NCBI GenBank assembly: GCA_036742625.1
Contig: DAINQO010000003.1
Coordinates: 2,478-66,477 of the forward strand
DNA: 64,000 nucleotides
Direction: 5' to 3'
Source of the DNA: Microvirga sp.
GTDB taxonomy: Bacteria; Pseudomonadota; Alphaproteobacteria; Rhizobiales; Beijerinckiaceae
In this document: one piece after another, positions 25,148 to 34,091 of the stretch
Position numbering within the stretch: position 1 is the stretch's first letter
Layout of the letters: every line of letters starts with the position of its first letter
Notes under the pieces: model-generated
The model's database searches: none
What the model saw: only the letters and a program-made list of their open reading frames with translations
Told to the model about the DNA's origin: nothing
Position numbers and translations under genes: made by a program

Positions 25148-26755
25148 ATGACAGCGACACGGCGTCGGGTACTCGCCGGCGGCGGCGCCGCCATCGGCCT
25201 CGCGGCGGCGCCCGCCATCGTTCGGGCGCAGACGCCGCCGGCGCGGGCGCGAACGATCCGCGCCGTGATGCACGCCGATCTTCGCGTCCTCGACCCGATT
25301 TGGACGACCGCGAACATCACCGCCTATCACGGCGCCATGATCTACGACACGCTCTTCGCCATGGACGCGGACTTCAACCCGCAGCCGCAGATGGTCGGCA
25401 AATGGGGCGTCTCGGACGACAAGCTGAGCTACACCTTCGAGCTCCGCGACGGGCTCAAGTTCTCGGACGGCTCGGCCGTGACGGCGGCGGATTGCATCGC
25501 CTCGCTCAGGCGCTGGGCGGCCCGCGACGGCGCCGGCCAGCACCTCTTCCGCCGCGTCAAGGACACGCCGGCGAGCGACGACAGGACGTTCAAGATCGTG
25601 CTGTCCGAGCCCTACGGGCTCCTGATCGGGGCGCTCGCCAAGCTCTCGACCTCAAACTGCTGGATGATGCGCAAAAGGGAGGCCGAGAGCGATCCGAACC
25701 AGCAGATCCGCGAGACCGTCGGCTCCGGCCCCTTCCTCTACAACAAGGACGAGACCCGGCCCGGCAACCGCTACGTCTACGACAAGAATCCGAACTACGT
25801 GCCGCGCCCCGAGCCCGCCTCGGGGCTTGCCGGCGGCAAGGTGGTGAAGATCGACCGCGCCATCTTCGAGAACATCGGCGACGAGCAGACTTCGCTCGCG
25901 GCGCTGCAGAACGGCGAGATCGACTTCTTCGAGGTGCCGCCGCAGGACCTCGTGCCCGAGCTCGAGAAGGACCCGAACCTCACCGTCCGGGTGCTGAACA
26001 AGACCGGCCATATCGGCTTCATGCGCATGAACTTCCTGCATCCGCCGTTCGACAACGTCGAGGCGAGGCGCGGCATGCAGCACCTCGTCAACCAGGCCGA
26101 CGTCATGCGGGCGATCTTCGGCGAGTCGAAGTACTGGCAGAAATGCGGCGCCTATTTCGCCTGCGGCACGCCGATGGAGAACGACGCCAACACCGAGTGG
26201 TTCAAAGCCGGGCCGAACCTCGCCAAGGCGAAGGAGCTCTTCAAGAAATCCGGCTATGACGGCCGCCCGGTGGTGATCCTCCAGGCGACCGATCACTACT
26301 TCGCCAATCCGGCCGGCCTGTTCATGGCGCAATGGCTGCGCGAGGCGGGCGTCACCGTCGACCTCGCGGCGAGCGACTGGGGCGCGGTGCTCAACCGCCG
26401 CGCCGTCAAGAAGCCGCCGGCCGAGGGCGGCTGGAACATCTTCTCGACGACGGCGACCGGCGAGGCGTTCTCGAACCCGATCAACTTCTCAGGGCACGCC
26501 GCGAACGGCGACAAGGCCTGGTTCGGCTGGCCGACGAACGACCGCCAGGAGAAGCTGCGCGACGAGTGGGCCGCGGCCGAGGGGCTCGACGACAGGAAGC
26601 GCATCGCCCGCGAGCTGCAGGCGAACGCCTGGGATTACGTCCACCACCTCTATCTCGGCCAGTTCTTCCGCGGCTCCGCCTGGCGCAAGACCGTCACCGG
26701 CGTCATCGGCATGCCCGAGATCGTGCCCTTCTGGAACATGGAGAAGGCGGGGTGA
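25148..26755 (+). CDS. ABC transporter substrate-binding protein, family 5 (peptide/nickel/opine type)
   Basis: 535 aa. Tat-like signal MTATRRRVLAGGGAAIGLAAAPAIVRAQ. GGAGGAGGA Shine-Dalgarno. Followed by two permeases and two ATPases. Confidence 0.9.
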   Translation: MTATRRRVLAGGGAAIGLAAAPAIVRAQTPPARARTIRAVMHADLRVLDPIWTTANITAYHGAMIYDTLFAMDADFNPQPQMVGKWGVSDDKLSYTFELRDGLKFSDGSAVTAADCIASLRRWAARDGAGQHLFRRVKDTPASDDRTFKIVLSEPYGLLIGALAKLSTSNCWMMRKREAESDPNQQIRETVGSGPFLYNKDETRPGNRYVYDKNPNYVPRPEPASGLAGGKVVKIDRAIFENIGDEQTSLAALQNGEIDFFEVPPQDLVPELEKDPNLTVRVLNKTGHIGFMRMNFLHPPFDNVEARRGMQHLVNQADVMRAIFGESKYWQKCGAYFACGTPMENDANTEWFKAGPNLAKAKELFKKSGYDGRPVVILQATDHYFANPAGLFMAQWLREAGVTVDLAASDWGAVLNRRAVKKPPAEGGWNIFSTTATGEAFSNPINFSGHAANGDKAWFGWPTNDRQEKLRDEWAAAEGLDDRKRIARELQANAWDYVHHLYLGQFFRGSAWRKTVTGVIGMPEIVPFWNMEKAG

Positions 26756-26771
26756 GGCGCCTGCGTCAGCG

Positions 26772-26879
26772 CCCCTCCCCTGCAAGGGGAGGGGGTGGGG
26801 GTGGGGGAGAGTCCTGCCTCGAACTCTCCCCCACCCGGTCCTCGCTGCGCTCGGCCCACCCTCCCCTTTCAGGGGAGGG
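26772..26879. repeat. Cluster of three short GC hairpins (family D, ctcccc/ggggag type) with a G-run tract
   Basis: Hairpins at 26772-26794 (cccctcccc-tgcaa-ggggagggg), 26803-26832 and 26859-26879. G-tract GGGGaGGGGGtGGGGGtGGGGG at 26786-26807. Fills the gap between the binding-protein and permease genes. Confidence 0.85.
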
Positions 26880-26888
26880 CCGACGCTG

Positions 26889-27830
26889 ATGCTCGGCTAC
26901 ATCGCCCGGCGGCTTGCCTCGACCGTCGTCGTCATGGCGATCGTCGGCGTGTTCGTGTTCATGCTGCTGCATCTCTCGCCCGGCGATCCGGCGGCGATCA
27001 TCGCCGGCGACAACGCGAGCCCCGAGCAGATCGCCGGCATCCGCCAGCGCCTCGGCCTCGACGATCCGCTGCCGGTGCAGTTCCTGCGCTGGTCCGCCGC
27101 CGTGGTGCAGGGCGATCTCGGCATCTCGATCTTCTCGAACGAGCCGGTGATGAAGCTCGTCGGCCAGCGCATCGAGCCGACGCTGTCGCTCGCGCTGACG
27201 ACCCTCGTCGTCGCCGTGACGCTTGCGGTCAGCTTCGGCGTGCTCGCGGCCTGGCGGCAGGGAAGCTGGATCGACCGCTCGCTCATGGTCGTGTCGGTGC
27301 TCGGCTTTTCGGTGCCGGTGTTCGTCGTCGGCTACATGCTGATCTATCTCTTCGCGATCACGCTGCGCTGGCTGCCGGTGCAGGGCTACGCCCCGATCGC
27401 CGACGGCTTCGGGCCCTGGATCGAGCGTCTCGTCCTGCCCTCGATCGCGCTCGGCCTCGCCTATGTGGCGCTGATCGCGCGCATCACCCGCACCGCCATG
27501 CTCGACGTCTTGGCCGAGGACTACATCCGCACCGCGAAGGCGAAGGGCGTCGCGACGCGGCCGATGCTCTTGAAGCACGCGCTCAAGAACGCCGGCGTGC
27601 CGATCGTGACGGTGATCGGCATCGGCGTCGCGCTCCTCATCGGCGGCGTCGTCATCACCGAGACGGTGTTCAACATCCCCGGCGTCGGCCGCCTCGTCGT
27701 CGACGCGATCTCGAAGCGCGACTACCCGATCATCCAGGGCGTGATCCTCTTGTTCTCGGGCGTCTACGTCGTCGTCAACCTCATGGTCGACCTCACCTAC
27801 ACCTTCCTCGATCCGAGGATCCGCTATTGA
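26889..27830 (+). CDS. ABC transporter permease (DppB/OppB type)
   Basis: 313 aa, typical DppB-like sequence (MLGYIARRLASTVVVMAIV…DYIRTAKAKG…). Confidence 0.9.
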   Translation: MLGYIARRLASTVVVMAIVGVFVFMLLHLSPGDPAAIIAGDNASPEQIAGIRQRLGLDDPLPVQFLRWSAAVVQGDLGISIFSNEPVMKLVGQRIEPTLSLALTTLVVAVTLAVSFGVLAAWRQGSWIDRSLMVVSVLGFSVPVFVVGYMLIYLFAITLRWLPVQGYAPIADGFGPWIERLVLPSIALGLAYVALIARITRTAMLDVLAEDYIRTAKAKGVATRPMLLKHALKNAGVPIVTVIGIGVALLIGGVVITETVFNIPGVGRLVVDAISKRDYPIIQGVILLFSGVYVVVNLMVDLTYTFLDPRIRY

Positions 27831-28714
27831 TGGCGACCGCCGTCACCGGTGCGGTGGCTGGGGCGCACGCGCCGGCGCGCCGGCGCGCCTCGTTTGCCCG
27901 CTTCATCCGCCGCAACCCGACGCTGTTTGCCGGCGGCGTGATCCTCAGCCTGATCGCGCTCCTCGCCGTCGCGGCGCCGCTCGTCGCCGGCGACGCGCTC
28001 ACCATGCGGCCGGCGGAGCGGCTGCGCGTGCCCTCGGCGGTGAACTGGCTCGGCACCGACAATCTCGGCCGCGACGTCTATTCGCGCACCGTCTACGGGG
28101 CGCGCGTTTCGCTCTTCGTCGGACTGTCCGTCGCGGCGTTCTCGGTCGTGCTCGGCCTCGCGATCGGGCTCCTCTCGGGCTATTTCCGCCGCGTCGACGC
28201 CGTCGTCATGCGGCTCATGGACGGGCTCATGGCGATCCCGGCGATCCTGCTTGCGATCGCGCTCGTGGCGCTGACCCGGGCGAGCGTCATGACGGTCATC
28301 GTCGCGATCACCATCCCGGAGGTGCCGCGCGTCGTCCGCCTCGTGCGCTCGGTCGTGCTCTCGGTGCGCGAGGCGCCCTATGTCGAGGCGGCGATCGCCG
28401 GCGGCACGCCGGTGTGGAAGATCCTCCTGCGCCACATCGTGCCGACGACGGTGCCGCCGCTGATCGTGCAGGCGACCTATATCTGCGCCTCGGCGATCCT
28501 GATCGAGGCGGCGCTGTCCTTTCTCGGCGCCGGCACCCCGCCCGAGATTCCGACCTGGGGCAACATGATCGCCCAGTCGCGGCTGTTCCTGTCGCGCGCG
28601 CCGTGGACGATCTTCGCCCCCGGCATCGCGCTCGCCGTCGTCGTGCTGGCGGTGAACCTCCTCGGCGACGGCCTGCGCGACCGGCTCGACCCGCGCCTCG
28701 CGAGGAGGATGTGA
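27830..28714 (+). CDS. ABC transporter permease (DppC/OppC type)
   Basis: In-frame part of track ORF 26795..28714 starting at ATG 27830 (MATAVTGAVAG…), overlapping the upstream stop (TGATG). Typical DppC-like core (…LGTDNLGRDVYSRTVYGARVSL…). Confidence 0.88.
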   Translation: MATAVTGAVAGAHAPARRRASFARFIRRNPTLFAGGVILSLIALLAVAAPLVAGDALTMRPAERLRVPSAVNWLGTDNLGRDVYSRTVYGARVSLFVGLSVAAFSVVLGLAIGLLSGYFRRVDAVVMRLMDGLMAIPAILLAIALVALTRASVMTVIVAITIPEVPRVVRLVRSVVLSVREAPYVEAAIAGGTPVWKILLRHIVPTTVPPLIVQATYICASAILIEAALSFLGAGTPPEIPTWGNMIAQSRLFLSRAPWTIFAPGIALAVVVLAVNLLGDGLRDRLDPRLARRM

Positions 28715-28731
28715 TGAGGCACCGATGTGAT

Positions 28732-28882
28732 CCCTCTCCCGGAGGGAGAGGGGCAGGGGTGAGGGGTCCGCTCTCGCCGCGTCGAGGGAGCCGTCGACAC
28801 TGCGGCGGCGCCTTCCTCTCCACCGTGCTTTCTGTGGCAAGCGCGGGCCCTCACCCCTGCCCCTCTCCCATTCGGGAGAGGG
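28732..28882. repeat. MITE-like palindromic element (family D, long form) with about 34-nt terminal inverted repeats
   Basis: Left arm ccctctcccggagggagaggggcaggggtgaggg. The reverse complement of the right arm, ccctctcccgaatgggagaggggcaggggtgaggg, is nearly identical. Occupies almost the whole 172-bp permease-ATPase gap. Confidence 0.85.
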
Positions 28883-28886
28883 GTCC

Positions 28887-29957
28887 ATGACTCCCCTCCT
28901 TGCCGTCCGCGACCTCGCCACCTCCTTCTTCACCGAGGACGGGACGACGCGGGCCGTCGACGGCGTGTCGTTCGACGTCGGCGCCGGCGAGACGCTCGGG
29001 ATCGTCGGCGAATCCGGCTGCGGCAAGAGCGTGACGGCGCTGTCGATCATGCGCCTGCTGCCGCCGCGCCTCGGCCGCACCGTCCGCGGCAGCGTCGCCT
29101 TCGAGGGCCGCGACCTCCTCGGCCTCGACGAGAGCGAAATGCGGGCGATCCGCGGCAACCGCATCGCCATGATCTTCCAGGAGCCGATGACGAGCCTCAA
29201 CCCGGTGCTCACCATCGGCCACCAGATCGCCGAATCGGTGCGCATCCACGAGGGCGCCTCGCCGGCCGAGGCGCGGGCGCGCGCCGTCTCGATGCTGAAC
29301 CTCGTGCGCATCCCGGACGGCGAGCGACGGCTCGACGACTACCCGCACCAGTTCTCCGGCGGCATGCGCCAGCGGGTCATGATCGCCATGGCGCTCGCCT
29401 GCAACCCGCGCCTCCTCATCGCCGACGAGCCGACGACGGCGCTCGACGTGACGATCCAGGCGCAGATCCTCAAGCTGATGCTCGAGCTCAAGGAGCGCAC
29501 CGGCGCGGCCGTGATCCTCATCACCCACGATCTCGGCGTCGTCGCCGAGACCTGCCAGCGCGTCATCGTGATGTATGCCGGACGCAAGATCGAGGAGGCG
29601 CCGATCCTCGAGCTGTTCGACCGCCCGGCCCACCCCTACACCCGCGGCCTGATGGCCTCGATCCCGCGCTACGGCGGCGGGCGCGCCCGCAAGCGGCGCC
29701 TGGCCGAGATTCCCGGCATCGTGCCGAGCCTGCGCGAGCCGATCGTGGGCTGCGCCTTCGCGCCGCGCTGTCCCTATGCGGCGGAGCGTTGTCGCGTCGA
29801 GGCGCCGCCGCTGCGCCAGGTGGCAGGCGGCCACGTCGCAGCGTGCCATTTCGCCGAGGAGGTGATGGCCGAGGGGGTATTGGCGCCCGCCTCTCCCGGA
29901 GGGAGAGGCCGAGTCGGCGACAGCCGACCGGGTGAGGACTTACGGTCTCTCGGATGA
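28887..29957 (+). CDS. ABC transporter ATP-binding protein (DppD/OppD type)
   Basis: 356 aa. Walker A GESGCGKS, signature FSGGMRQR, Walker [13 protein letters not shown]. The last roughly 22 codons read into a palindromic repeat. Confidence 0.9.
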   Translation: MTPLLAVRDLATSFFTEDGTTRAVDGVSFDVGAGETLGIVGESGCGKSVTALSIMRLLPPRLGRTVRGSVAFEGRDLLGLDESEMRAIRGNRIAMIFQEPMTSLNPVLTIGHQIAESVRIHEGASPAEARARAVSMLNLVRIPDGERRLDDYPHQFSGGMRQRVMIAMALACNPRLLIADEPTTALDVTIQAQILKLMLELKERTGAAVILITHDLGVVAETCQRVIVMYAGRKIEEAPILELFDRPAHPYTRGLMASIPRYGGGRARKRRLAEIPGIVPSLREPIVGCAFAPRCPYAAERCRVEAPPLRQVAGGHVAACHFAEEVMAEGVLAPASPGGRGRVGDSRPGEDLRSLG

Positions 29958-30017
29958 CAGCGCTCCCCTCACCCGGTCGCGGCATCGCCGCGACTCGACC
30001 TCTCCCTCCGGGAGAGG
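29890..30017. repeat. Palindromic element (family D) made of two arms of about 48 nt; its centre carries the ATGA stop/start junction of the two ATPase genes
   Basis: The reverse complement of the left arm cctctcccggagggagaggccgagtcggcgacagccgaccgggtgagg closely matches the right arm cctcacccggtcgcggcatcgccgcgactcgacctctccctccgggagagg. The ATGA at 29954-29957 lies in the loop. Confidence 0.85.
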
Positions 30018-30985
30018 CGGGACCCGTCCTCGAGGTCGCAAACCTCAAGAAGCACTTCCCGGTGCAGCGCGGGTTCCTGCGCCGCACCGTCGCGCAGGTG
30101 AAGGCGGTGGACGGGGTGAGCTTTGCGATCGGCCCCGGCGAGACGCTCTGCCTCGTCGGCGAATCGGGCTGCGGCAAGTCGACGGTCGGCAAGCTCGTGC
30201 TGCGCCTCATCGAGCCGACGGCGGGCTCGATCCGGCTGCAAGGCGAGGAGGTCACGACGCTCTCGGCGCACGAGATGCGCCCGTTCCGGCGGCGCATCCA
30301 GATGGTGTTCCAGGACCCCTACGCCTCCCTCAACCCGCGCCTCAAGGCCGGGCAGATCGTCGGCGAGCCGCTCGAGAACTACTCCGAGGCGAGCGGATCG
30401 GCGCAGGAAGAGACGATCGCGGCGCTGTTCGAGAAGGTCGGCCTGCGCGCCGACGCGATGCGGCGCTACCCGTTCGAGTTCTCCGGCGGCCAGCGCCAGC
30501 GCCTCGGCATCGCCCGCGCGCTGGCGCTGAACCCCGCCGTGATCGTCGCCGACGAGCCGGTGTCGGCGCTCGACGTCTCGGTGCAGGCGCAGGTGTTGAA
30601 CCTGCTCATGGACCTGCAGGAGGAGCTCGGCCTCGCCTACCTGTTCGTCTCGCACGACCTTGGCGTCGTCGAGCATATCGGCCACCGCATCGCGGTGATG
30701 TATCTCGGCCAGATCGTCGAGCTCGCGGACAAGGATGCGCTCTTCGCCGATCCGCAGCACCCCTACACGCAGGCGCTGATCGCGGCGGCGCCGCTGCCCG
30801 ATCCGCGCGCCAAGCGCGAGCGCATCGTGCTCGAAGGCGACGTGCCCTCGCCGATGAAGCCGCCCGCAGGCTGCCGCTTCCACACCCGCTGCCCCTTCGT
30901 GTTCGACCGCTGCCGCGTCGAGGAGCCGGCGCTGAAACCCTCAAGCGCGGATGGGCGGCTCCTCGCCTGTCATCTGCGCGATTGA
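29954..30985 (+). CDS. ABC transporter ATP-binding protein (DppF/OppF type)
   Basis: 343 aa. Walker A GESGCGKS, signature FSGGQRQR, Walker [13 protein letters not shown]. The only in-frame start before the conserved [10 protein letters not shown] is the ATG inside the repeat. Confidence 0.88.
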   Translation: MTALPSPGRGIAATRPLPPGEAGPVLEVANLKKHFPVQRGFLRRTVAQVKAVDGVSFAIGPGETLCLVGESGCGKSTVGKLVLRLIEPTAGSIRLQGEEVTTLSAHEMRPFRRRIQMVFQDPYASLNPRLKAGQIVGEPLENYSEASGSAQEETIAALFEKVGLRADAMRRYPFEFSGGQRQRLGIARALALNPAVIVADEPVSALDVSVQAQVLNLLMDLQEELGLAYLFVSHDLGVVEHIGHRIAVMYLGQIVELADKDALFADPQHPYTQALIAAAPLPDPRAKRERIVLEGDVPSPMKPPAGCRFHTRCPFVFDRCRVEEPALKPSSADGRLLACHLRD

Positions 30986-31020
30986 AGGCGCTCCGCGACG
31001 ATACGGCCGTGCCGTCGGGA

Positions 31021-31356
31021 TCAGTTCAGCGCGCAGAAGCCGCCGACGATCTGCCCGCCTTCGCACCACGGCCGCAGCGGAGCGGGCTCGACCGCAGCGG
31101 CAGTCGCTGCCGCCGGCGAGACCACGCGTGGCGGTGCCGCGCCGCCGCCTCTTTCCGGGCTGGGCTCGCTCGAGCGGCGCGACAGCGGAATGACGACGCC
31201 GACGCCGGCGCCAACCCTCGGCGGCGAAGGCCGGGTGGCATGCGAGGCGCTCTTGGTCGAGCCGCGCAGGCCGATCGAGAAGCCGCGCCCGCCGCGCGCC
31301 TCGGCGAGCGCCGGGACCAAAAGGACGATCAACGCCACGATCGCGCGCCTCACCAT
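31021..31356 (-). CDS. Small secreted hypothetical protein with a C-terminal Cys loop
   Basis: 111 aa. Signal peptide MVRRAIVALIVLLVPALAEA. Low-complexity Pro/Ala/Gly middle. C-terminus PWCEGGQIVGGFCALN. G/C-rich third positions. GGGGGA Shine-Dalgarno upstream. Confidence 0.5.
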   Translation of the reverse strand: MVRRAIVALIVLLVPALAEARGGRGFSIGLRGSTKSASHATRPSPPRVGAGVGVVIPLSRRSSEPSPERGGGAAPPRVVSPAAATAAAVEPAPLRPWCEGGQIVGGFCALN

Positions 31357-31473
31357 GGTTTCATCCCCCGGTCGCTACCCGCAAGATCATTCCGTGGCGA
31401 CATTTAAGGTCCCGTGAACGCGCCGGGAGGCCAGGTAGCGGCGTTCGCCGGACGCTGCCGCGACGTCAGACCT

Positions 31474-32460
31474 TCATCGCCCGTAGATCCGGTCGAGCAC
31501 GCGGGCGACGTCGACGAGTTGCTCGGCTGCGGCATCGAAGCGCTCGCCCGCGGCAAGCCGCGTTGCGAAGTCGGCGGCGGCGCGGCCGCCCCAGGCGTCC
31601 GGCGGCCCGCTCAGCGTCTCTCGGGCGGTGCCGCGGTAACGCTCGGCCTTGAAGTCGTAGAACGAGCCGCCGACGTTCGCGAGCCGCGCCCCGCCTTCGG
31701 TTCCGTAGAATGCCGCCGAGATGATCGCGTCGCGCCCGGCCTGCAGGCGCCACGAGCAACCGAGCTGCACCACCGTTCCGGTCGCGAGATCGAGGGTCGC
31801 GAGCCCGTAGTCCTCGACCGCGTCGACGCGTCGGCCGAGCGGCTCGCCGCCGGCCAAGAGGCGCGCCGAGACGCCCGCCACCTCCGGCCAATCGAGCGTC
31901 CACAGCGCGAGGTCGACGAGGTGCACGCCGAGATCCATGACGCAGCCGCCGCCGGCGAGCGCCGGGTCGTAGAACCACGGCTTGTCCGGCCCGTAGGCGT
32001 TGTGAAAGACGAGATCGACCGCATAGACCCGCCCGAGTCCGCCGGCGCGGACGATCTCGCGGATGCGGCGCATCCCCTCGGTGAAGCGATAGGAGAGGTC
32101 GACGCACAACAGCCGGTCGGCGGCTCGCGCCGCATCGACGGCGGCGCCCACCTCCGCGGCGGTTCGCCCGAGCGGCTTCTGGCAGAAGACCGCGGCGCCG
32201 CATTCGAGCGCCCGGATCGACTGCGCGGCGTGGAGCGCGCTCGGCGTTGCGATCACAACCGCGTCGAGCCCGAGATCGAGGAGTTCGTCCAGGGTCGAGG
32301 TGAGCCTCGCGCCCGGCGCAAGGGTCGCCGCCGCGGCCGCCATCTCGGCCGAAGCGTCGGCGATCCCCGCGACCTCGACGGCGCCGGTCGCGAGGATCGC
32401 TTCCATGCGGTGGCGGCCGATCCAGCCGACGCCCAGAAAGCCGACGCGGGGACGCGGCAT
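31474..32460 (-). CDS. Gfo/Idh/MocA-family NAD(P)-dependent oxidoreductase
   Basis: 328 aa. Rossmann start VGFLGVGWIGRHR. The start overlaps the stop of the upstream dehydrogenase by one base. Confidence 0.85.
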   Translation of the reverse strand: MPRPRVGFLGVGWIGRHRMEAILATGAVEVAGIADASAEMAAAAATLAPGARLTSTLDELLDLGLDAVVIATPSALHAAQSIRALECGAAVFCQKPLGRTAAEVGAAVDAARAADRLLCVDLSYRFTEGMRRIREIVRAGGLGRVYAVDLVFHNAYGPDKPWFYDPALAGGGCVMDLGVHLVDLALWTLDWPEVAGVSARLLAGGEPLGRRVDAVEDYGLATLDLATGTVVQLGCSWRLQAGRDAIISAAFYGTEGGARLANVGGSFYDFKAERYRGTARETLSGPPDAWGGRAAADFATRLAAGERFDAAAEQLVDVARVLDRIYGR

Positions 32461-33440
32461 CAGGCCGTCACCAGGGCTTTGAGGAAGCCGTCCGGCCGGT
32501 CGCGGGTGGCGTCGAGGGCCTCGCCGAGCCGTTCGAGCGGATAGACATGCGTGTAGAGCGGGCGCGGGTCGAGGCGGCCGGAGGTCACGGCGGCGACGGC
32601 GGCGCGGATGCCCGCCATGTAGACCTTCGGGTCGCGCTCATGGGCGTTGATCACGTCGAGGCCGCGCCAGTTCCAGAGCTGCATGTTGACCTGCCGCGGC
32701 CCGTCCGGGTGGTAGCCGGCAATGATGAGGCGACCGCGCTCGCGCGTCAGCTCGGCCGAAAGATCGAGCGGCCATTGCTTGCCGACCGCCTCGATGACGC
32801 GGTCGCAGAACGCACCGCCGGTGATCTCCTTGACGGCGCCGATGATGCCCTCGTGGTCGGCCATCGGGATCGTCTCGGCAGCGCCCATCGCGCGCGCGAC
32901 CTCAAGCGAGAACGGGCGCCGCGACACCGCGATGACCCGCGCCCCGACCTCGCTCGCGAGCCGCGTCAGGATCGCGCCGAGGAAGCCGATGCCGACGATC
33001 GCGACGGTCTGCCCCGGCGCGATCTCGCTGCGCCGGAAGATGTTCATGGCGCAGCCGAGCGGCTCGCCCGGAAATGGCTGTCCGGCGAGCGCATCGGGCA
33101 GCGGCACGACGGCGGCGGCGTCGGCGACGTCGTACTCGGCGTAGGCGTGGTAGGACAGCGCCGCGACAGGTTGCCCGGCCTGAAGGCCCTCGACGCCGGC
33201 GCCGACGGCGTCGATGACGCCCCAGCCCTCGTGCCCGAGCGCGCCGGGCTCGGTCGGGAAGCGCATCCATTCGGGCCCGGCCCAGGGCGTCAGGTTCGAG
33301 GCGCAGACGCCCGAGCCCGCAAGGCGCAGCCGAACCTGCCCCGGCCCCGGCTCGGGCCGGGCGACGTCGTCGACCCGAACCTTGCCCGGCCCGGTGACGA
33401 CCGCGGCCCGCATGGTTCTGCTCGCGGCAGCGCCGCTCAT
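32460..33440 (-). CDS. Zinc-binding alcohol dehydrogenase family (MDR) protein
   Basis: 326 aa. GHEGWGVIDAVGAGV zinc-ligand block and GIGFLGAILTRLA nucleotide-binding motif. Confidence 0.85.
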   Translation of the reverse strand: MSGAAASRTMRAAVVTGPGKVRVDDVARPEPGPGQVRLRLAGSGVCASNLTPWAGPEWMRFPTEPGALGHEGWGVIDAVGAGVEGLQAGQPVAALSYHAYAEYDVADAAAVVPLPDALAGQPFPGEPLGCAMNIFRRSEIAPGQTVAIVGIGFLGAILTRLASEVGARVIAVSRRPFSLEVARAMGAAETIPMADHEGIIGAVKEITGGAFCDRVIEAVGKQWPLDLSAELTRERGRLIIAGYHPDGPRQVNMQLWNWRGLDVINAHERDPKVYMAGIRAAVAAVTSGRLDPRPLYTHVYPLERLGEALDATRDRPDGFLKALVTA

Positions 33441-33522
33441 CGCTCGATTCCTCGGGAGGTGATGGACCTGTCGCGCCCGTCCTTAGCGGCCCGGGCGCCG
33501 TTTCACCACCCGCGCGGCGGGT

Positions 33523-34068
33523 CTACCGTTCCGCTTCCGCCTTGAGGTTCGCGAGGCCGGTCTCGAAATCCTTGCCGACCATGCGGTCCATGCTGACGAA
33601 CAGGCTCATCACCTTGCCGATGAAGAGGTTCGGGCCGTGCATCGCCCAGGTCACGTCGGTCGTTTCGCCGCGCGGCGTGAGCGTGAACTCGGCGGTGTTG
33701 TGGGCCTCGAAGGGCTTGAGGAAATCGAGCTTGATCGCCACCCGCGACGGCGGCGGCGCGTCGATGATCTCCATGCGCCCCTTGCCGACCTTGCTGTTGC
33801 CTTCCCACGCGTAGACGGCGCCCTGTCCGCTCGCCGGACCGCTGTAGCTTCGCTTCAGCGCCGGATCCATCTTCTCCCAGGGCGACCAGGCGCTCCAGGC
33901 GCGGAAGTCGGCGATAAGCGGAAAGATCTTCTCCGGCGGCGCCGTGATGCTCGTCGCGCGAGTGATGCGGAACGTTGCGGGCTTCATAGCCGCGAGGATC
34001 AGGATCGCAGCGACGACGACGAGCAGAATCACGACGATGACGGCGACGGTCTTCATCGAGCTCTCCAT
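33523..34068 (-). CDS. SRPBCC-family (polyketide cyclase/START-like) protein with an N-terminal membrane anchor
   Basis: C-terminal 181 codons of track ORF 33523..34527, from MESSMKTVAVIVVILLVVVAAILILAAMKP…. Confidence 0.7.
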   Translation of the reverse strand: MESSMKTVAVIVVILLVVVAAILILAAMKPATFRITRATSITAPPEKIFPLIADFRAWSAWSPWEKMDPALKRSYSGPASGQGAVYAWEGNSKVGKGRMEIIDAPPPSRVAIKLDFLKPFEAHNTAEFTLTPRGETTDVTWAMHGPNLFIGKVMSLFVSMDRMVGKDFETGLANLKAEAER

Positions 34069-34091
34069 CACATGAATTCGCGGCGCCGCGC

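Noticed and set aside
26772-30017. Whether the recurring ctctccc/gggagag hairpins in the Dpp-like operon could be a CRISPR array.
   Set aside because: The units are themselves palindromic, differ in length and sequence, are irregularly spaced and separated by full-length genes. No cas genes are present. They fit REP/MITE-like repeats, not CRISPR.
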